This document shows, one piece after another, positions 57,883 through 64,000 of a DNA stretch of 64,000 bases. A program made the position numbers and the translations under genes. The stretch lies in contig OZ024749.1 of the NCBI GenBank assembly GCA_964016885.1, positions 34,100,001-34,164,000 on the forward strand. Reading direction: 5' to 3'. This stretch comes from Eledone cirrhosa (taxonomy: Eukaryota). Below the pieces are notes generated by a model. The model was not told the origin of the DNA, ran no database searches, and was given only the letters and a program-made list of their open reading frames with translations. The first letter of the stretch is position 1. Every line of letters starts with the position of its first letter.

Positions 57883-58771
57883 TGTTTGCCTGTGTAATTT
57901 ACATGTGTAAATATGTATATACATGTATATATATATACATCTATATATATATTTACACATATAAATTACACTGGCATACATGTATATACATATTTACACA
58001 TACATACTAGCTGATTGATATCTAAATTCCAATGAAAGAACCGTGTTTCCACGTGTTGGAGACCGTCTCTTTGTGTGTTGTTAAGATTTTTTTTAAAGAA
58101 AACCTCTCCACAATACATCAACAGAACAAAATTAATCAATTGACTACACATAAATAAACATTTGTTCTGTGTTAGTTTCAACAAACGACTATGAATAATG
58201 CTTTCTCACTGATTAAATATATTGACGATGAAGCATAAACGGCAAGGTTGTTAAGATAAACAAAGATATATAAACAAAGATATATAAACAAAATTGCCTG
58301 TTTCCCTGTAAATCATTATTCATCTTTTTGAACTTTTCTAAAGTATTATAACTAAATTGTGTGGTTATTATCAACAATATTTAGATGAAAGGGATAATTT
58401 GTTAACGTTTTCGTTGAAATGTTACAAATAATAGTGAATGTAATGGCGTCGCAATCACTAACAAATATTTTTTTAAAATAATAACATTTCCCGAAAGCCT
58501 ATATTACATATAAATACATAAACAAATTATAACGGTAATTTACAGCTATCTGAAATTTGAATGGTTAAATGATGTGAAGTTAAAAGAATGATTGGATTAA
58601 AAAACATAGACACCATAAAGAATATAAAATTAACATTTCTAACAGAAACACAAAAGACTTTATTCGTTTTTTCATATTTTATGAAACAGTGAATAAAGAC
58701 ATTTCAATCGATTGAGGCTGTCATCGTGTTTTTATAACAGAACGTCTCTTTGTTAGTGTTGAAATTAAGAG

Positions 58772-59035
58772 TAGAGGAATAAGAAATAAAAGTCGTACAG
58801 GGTCCCCCCTAGTCTCGTTTTGTTGTGGAACTCTTCTTTGCTGGACGTCAAAGCGCTTTCGTCACTTTGCAAATAGTTTACTCATGGACACAGACGTGGT
58901 GAGAACTTCTTCTGTCATTGCTTCAGAAATAAAGTCTTAAGAAATGCAAAGTGTGTTCGAGACTCATTTATGACAAAAGAAGAGTTCCACAACAAAAGGA
59001 GATAAGGGGCGAGCATGTACGATTCTTATTCCTCT
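58772..59035. mobile_element. MITE-like element with ~60-bp imperfect TIRs
   Basis: tagaggaataaga..tcgtaca..ttttgttgtggaactcttcttt / aaagaagagttccacaacaaaa..tgtacga..tcttattcctcta. Confidence 0.7.
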
Positions 59036-59142
59036 AAAGAGGATTAATGGCACATTCACACGAATGCTGAGAAAGGTCTAGAACATATCCTGAAGACACG
59101 TTGCAAATAAATCGCTCCACGATCCAAACCTTCATTTTTCTG

Positions 59143-59376
59143 CAGGGGCGATGGAAGCATTTCTGAATGAGGCGGGTGGACGGGGGGGGGGGCAAATTTG
59201 GTCAATTTAGTTCCTGTGATTAGTTTACTTGTTATCAAATATCAACCAAGTTATTAAAAAAAAAACTTCGATATGCGATTGTAGCACATATATAAATAGA
59301 TGTGTGTATTTTGGGGAGAAAATAGGCCCCATGGTTTCCCCCACCACCACCCCCCACCCCAGTTCCACCGCCCCTG
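59143..59376. mobile_element. MITE with 14-bp TIR, apparently inserted into a family A SINE core
   Basis: caggggcgatggaa / ttccaccgcccctg; flanks ccttcat.. and tacggggttgattaaataaagtaccag rejoin the SINE core. Confidence 0.6.
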
Positions 59377-60626
59377 TACGGGGTTGATTAAATAAAGTAC
59401 CAGTAATGGACTGGGGTCGATTTGATCGACTTTGCCATTCCCGAAAATTGTTGACCTTGTGCCTAAATCAGAAACAATGTTTTCATTTTTAGTTTACCTA
59501 AAAATAATTTATTATGTTAGTAAACAGCAATACTCTGAGTTGTATATTATTTAGATTAATTTTCCTCGTAAAAATGCTCTAGGGCTTATTTTCAGGATAA
59601 GGCTTATTTTGGATAGCAACATAATCATGCCAGGGCTTATTCTGGGAGATGGGGGAAACACGAGAGTTTTGAAGGCTATATTCTTTCAAAAAGCCTCAAA
59701 TTTTATAGGAAAAGCCCTAAATTTTATCCTCAAAATTTTATCAACTAACGACTCTGAAGATTAAAAATAAAAAAGCTATTATAGTCTAAGTCCTAGACTC
59801 TAGGAGATAGGATGTAATAATAAAAAATTTTTTTTTTTTTAAACAGTTTTCAAAAACACCAGCACACATGGCCAAGAACTAAGGTGTTATGCTCGGTTAA
59901 AAAGCTTCTCCCTGCAAAAGGAATGGAGTTTATTAAAGATACCAAAGGTCAAGGCGTTGCTTGTAATATCCCTCGGCTTTTGTGAAAAACAATATTTTAA
60001 AAAATTAAGGACTTTATTACTTACTGTTAGTATAAGGTGTCCTGTAAACATCAATTTTGTAAATCCCTCACTTGGCCATTTGAAATTACGCATGCGTGAA
60101 CCTCTTTGTGCTTCCCATCCTCTCCCTCCCCCACTTCCTGGCTACGATGTAACGCAGGTAGTCGTTACATGCTCTTGGCTATTGCTTTCTATGGTAAACT
60201 CAAGTTCCACCGTTAATTTGACACGGTGCGGTGACTATATCTAGAAACGATAGTCCCGTCCTTCAGATGACCAACATGGTTTCCCAGTCTCTTGTATATT
60301 TAACATTATTATTCTGTCTCATCAGAAACTTATAATCTTAATATATAGAAATTCTGTCCTCTCACTAAGATTACTTGAAAGATATTTTTACCGAAAGAGT
60401 TGGTTTATATATAGAAGAAATATAGTTTATATTTAGATTACTTAATAATTCCTAATGAATAATATAATGTTAGATATCTTACAAATTACTGCATGATTAC
60501 TTCCACTCAATTATGTGGACATTTATCACTGTTAAAGAAGGAAAGCGGTCATAAAGAATACTATGGTAGAACACACACAAGCAGACAATCGCACACGGGT
60601 GCTCACACACACATCTATCTATCTGT

Positions 60627-60940
60627 CAAGTTTTATGAAAGGTGGGTGAAAGTGGCGAGAATGGCCCGAGTGAATGGGCCTTCTCTCTATATCAGCCTGT
60701 AGGTGAGAGAGGAGGGGAGCACCCGCTCTTTGTGCTCCTGATGAGGAGGGTTGCACATTTTTTTCGGGGGTGGGGGGGGGGCGACCCACGTCAACGCCCC
60801 CTCCCTATTGACGACTTCGATTGTTGAATTTGATTTGTTATACGTTTTTACACGTCCTTTGAAATGTATGTAAACTCTCCCCCCCCCCCCTTGTATTTTT
60901 CCCAATCTTTGATGCTCTGGTGGCAAATAAATAGAAAGTT
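60627..60940 (+). mobile_element. 3' end of Tx1/L1-like LINE in (TATC)n
   Basis: FYERWVKVARMARVNGPSLYISL*, same as 6396-6470; tatc repeats on both sides. Confidence 0.65.
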
Positions 60941-60945
60941 ATCTA

Positions 60946-60989
<44 letters not shown>

Positions 60990-61067
60990 TATATATGTAT
61001 AACAATATGTATATATATATATATATATATATTTAAAAGAATAGAGGTGTAACACACGAGTTATGAT

Positions 61068-61577
61068 ATATTGGTAAAAGGAAAAGAAAATGCTGACAAA
61101 TTGTTCCCAGTGAAAAATTGTTTAATTAGGTATAAGTAAAAATTTGTAATAGTATTGATTAGTATTCAGTTATGGTTTTAAGTTTTTACCGGTTGCGCAT
61201 TTCTAATGCTTTTCAAAAATAATTTTGAGATAGAGCTCCCGTGATGTTTGCTCTAATCTGATTAGTTTTGGAAATTCTACCTGTTTTATGTAAAAAAAGT
61301 GGCTCCAGATGTATGAAAAAATTCTTGTGGTCAAAACAATTTTGATTGGTCGGTAGAGGTCATGTGAATGTAAAAAATTGATTTTGCGCCAAATGTAGGT
61401 TTGTCTCGGCTGATTGAGAAGTCACTGAAAAATAAGTCTTTCAAGACAAATATGTGTGTTAGTAGTAGTAGTAGTAGTAGTAGTAGTAAAGAGGTTCGTT
61501 GTTGTGATAATGGTCAGCAGGATGTGTGTGCGAACCGCAGCCTGCTGACAGGTCAACAGTTCAGATGCCTATTAAGA

Positions 61578-61642
<65 letters not shown>

Positions 61643-62880
61643 CAGAGTAATTCGTGGTAGAGGGATCGGTCAGTAGGAATGTGTCTGTACGCGTGTGGAG
61701 GATATTTTAACATGTTAAAAGATATTTTTCAGCTCTTGTCTTATACGGAGAAGTGTGTGTGTGTGTGTGTGTGTGTGTGTCTCTTTGTATGTTAATGTAT
61801 GCGTGTGTATGTGTGTGTGTATATATGTGTGTGTGTGTGTGTGTGAATGTGTGGGTGTGGGGGTGGACCAGTATTTTTGTGATACTGGTAAAAATGGTGT
61901 ACATTATTCGATATTTTCAGTAAAAACGATTCTCTCAATAGAACATCAAAAACCTTAATAACAAAAGGTGTGAAATGATATATAGTATTGTCATAACACC
62001 AAGGTGTGTGTGAGTGTCCAGATTGTACGTACTGCAAGGGGAATCCATTAGGCCTTGCCGTATTGGAATACTTGTGTACAAATATGTATCTGCCCATCAG
62101 TGTGCAATGCATGTGTGCGTATAGGTATGTGTGTGTGTAGGCACGTTTATATCTATAGACATCAAAAGGTATGCAAATTTGTGTATATTTGTGTTGCACC
62201 ATAGAACATGTGTGTTTATGTATGTCATTGTGTTTATATGTGGATAGAGATGTATGCTGATGTAGGTATGTATGTTGACGTGTGTATGTTGTGGGTTCGT
62301 CTTAGGGAGAAGTGTTTAGACGGGGTCCGTATTTGTTAATAAAGTGAGATTCCTTGCTGATGCGCTGGGTGTGGGTGGCATTATCTTTAAATTTGTAGAG
62401 GGGAAAGATTCTGAAGTTGGGATGATTTTGGGCGGCACAGGTATCAATGTGTTCACTCAGTGGTATTTTCCTGTATTCCCGTATTCTAATTTGGGATCTA
62501 TGGACAGTCATGCGTTGGCGGAGGCTGTTTTTGGTCTGGCCTATGTATTGTTCTCGACAACCTGAGCAAGTTAATACATATATTAGATTTTCTGATGCGC
62601 ATGTGAAATTGTGTTTTACTATAAAACGTTGTCCTTCTTTGAAATAGAATTCCGAACCCTTAAAACAGGTAGAATTTCCAAAACTAATCAGATTAGAGCA
62701 AACATCACGGGCGCTCTATCTCAAAATTATTTTTGAAAAGCATTAGAAATGCGCAACCGGTAAAAACTTAAAACCAAAACTGAATACTAACCAATACTAT
62801 TACTAATTTTTACTTATACCTAATTAAACTATTTTTCACTGGGAACAATTTGTCAGCATTTTCTTTTCCTTTTACCAATA
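61068..62880 (-). mobile_element. 5'-truncated Penelope-like element with inverted pLTR (~220-bp terminal inverted repeat)
   Basis: 61068-61288 is the reverse complement of 62661-62880; GIY-YIG domain inside; TA flanks. Confidence 0.9.
62302..62646 (-). pseudogene. PLE GIY-YIG endonuclease domain (Neptune-like, CCHH)
   Basis: YFKEGQRFIVKHNFTCASENLIYVLTCSGCREQYIGQTKNSLRQRMTVHRSQI..LSEHIDTC..RISKESHFINKYGPRLN. Confidence 0.92.
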
Positions 62881-62887
62881 TATATAT

Positions 62888-63112
62888 ATAAATGAAGTAT
62901 TTCCGTCGGAAAGGTACAGGAAAAAAGAGTGCTCTATGTAGGCTACAGAGCTTATTAGTTATGTAATAAACAACATAAGATAATTATTTCATTTACCAGT
63001 GGTTTCTTGAAGGCAGATGTTATGTCTGTCTTCAGTCGTCAGAATGAATAAATATTTATTCATTCTGACTGAAGACAGACATAACATCTGCCTTCAAGAA
63101 ACCACATAACTA
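62888..63112 (-). mobile_element. Fold-back HHR cassette sharing the family 5 tail
   Basis: Tail matches 22570-22657; palindrome centred ~63053. Confidence 0.85.
62990..63046 (-). ncRNA. Type I hammerhead ribozyme
   Basis: catt CTGACGA ctgaagacaga-cataaca-tctgccttcaa GAAA cca-c-tgg TA aatg. Confidence 0.82.
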
Positions 63113-63194
63113 TATCAGCAATTATCAGTTTACACACACAGACACAACCTCCCCCCCCCCCCTCCCCCCACACACACACATTCTCATTTTAGCA

Positions 63195-63258
<64 letters not shown>

Positions 63259-63305
63259 CGGACAATTCATAATTAATGAAATCGGACAATTCATAATTAA
63301 TGACT

Positions 63306-63356
<51 letters not shown>

Positions 63357-63745
63357 TGCATAAAGTATAAGTGTGGGGGGGGTCTGTGTGTGTGTGTAAA
63401 CTGATAATTGTTGATATAGTTAACTGGAAAGATATTCCGCGTTGAGTTGACCAACGAAACCACAAAAAAAAAATTGTTAAATGACGAAACAAAGTATTCT
63501 CACATTTAACGAGAAACAAAAACAGTGGGAATGTTAAATAAATGAAGGAATCATTGACAGCTTGCACCAGTTTATTCATAGACACGTAGCTTTTAATCTC
63601 ACTTAAGAGTAGGATATCTTAAGATGTCGACGAAAAACATGTCAATCCACTCACAAAATGAACAACATTTTAAGAAGTATTGTATATAGTCATATGTATA
63701 GTTTTGTGTATATGTATATTATATATATATTGTTTACCTTTTACT

Positions 63746-63869
<124 letters not shown>

Positions 63870-63870
63870 T

Positions 63871-63988
63871 TAGTTCAAATCCCGCTTGGAGTTTAACTTT
63901 GCCTTTCATCCTTACGGGGTAGATAAAATAAAGTACCAGTAATGTACTGGGTAATTGCTGGCCTTGTGCCAAAAGTAGAAACAATTAT
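63871..63988 (+). mobile_element. 5'-truncated family A SINE in (TA)n
   Basis: Starts at B-box agttcaaatcccg; core and tail intact. Confidence 0.88.
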
Positions 63989-64000
63989 ATATATATATAT

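Overview
AT-rich, microsatellite-saturated eukaryotic non-coding DNA, most likely cephalopod (Octopus-like; inferred from the SINE families and (TA)n/(CA)n/(GATA)n density, not verified). No intact host gene is evident. Almost all ORFs in the track are microsatellite artefacts; the real coding signals are fragments of Penelope-like elements (PLE RT/GIY-YIG), RTE-clade LINEs and a Tx1/L1-like LINE end. Main observation: a large set of short (150-450 bp), sequence-diverse cassettes sits in (TA)n tracts and shares one architecture. Each has a type I hammerhead ribozyme (HHR; 15+ recognisable by eye, many with a palindromic minimal stem III), followed by a previously unnamed, covarying bulged hairpin (RCTC-stem-loop-stem-2-nt bulge-GAGY) in the 3' tail. 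Many also carry a fold-back inverted copy whose centre lies at or inside the ribozyme and whose outer end stops a few nt before the bulged hairpin. This reads as a PLE-driven, microsatellite-targeted, ribozyme-bearing non-autonomous retroelement system with a visible mechanistic footprint. Coordinates were read by eye (about +/-5 nt); no ribozyme activity or database identity was tested.
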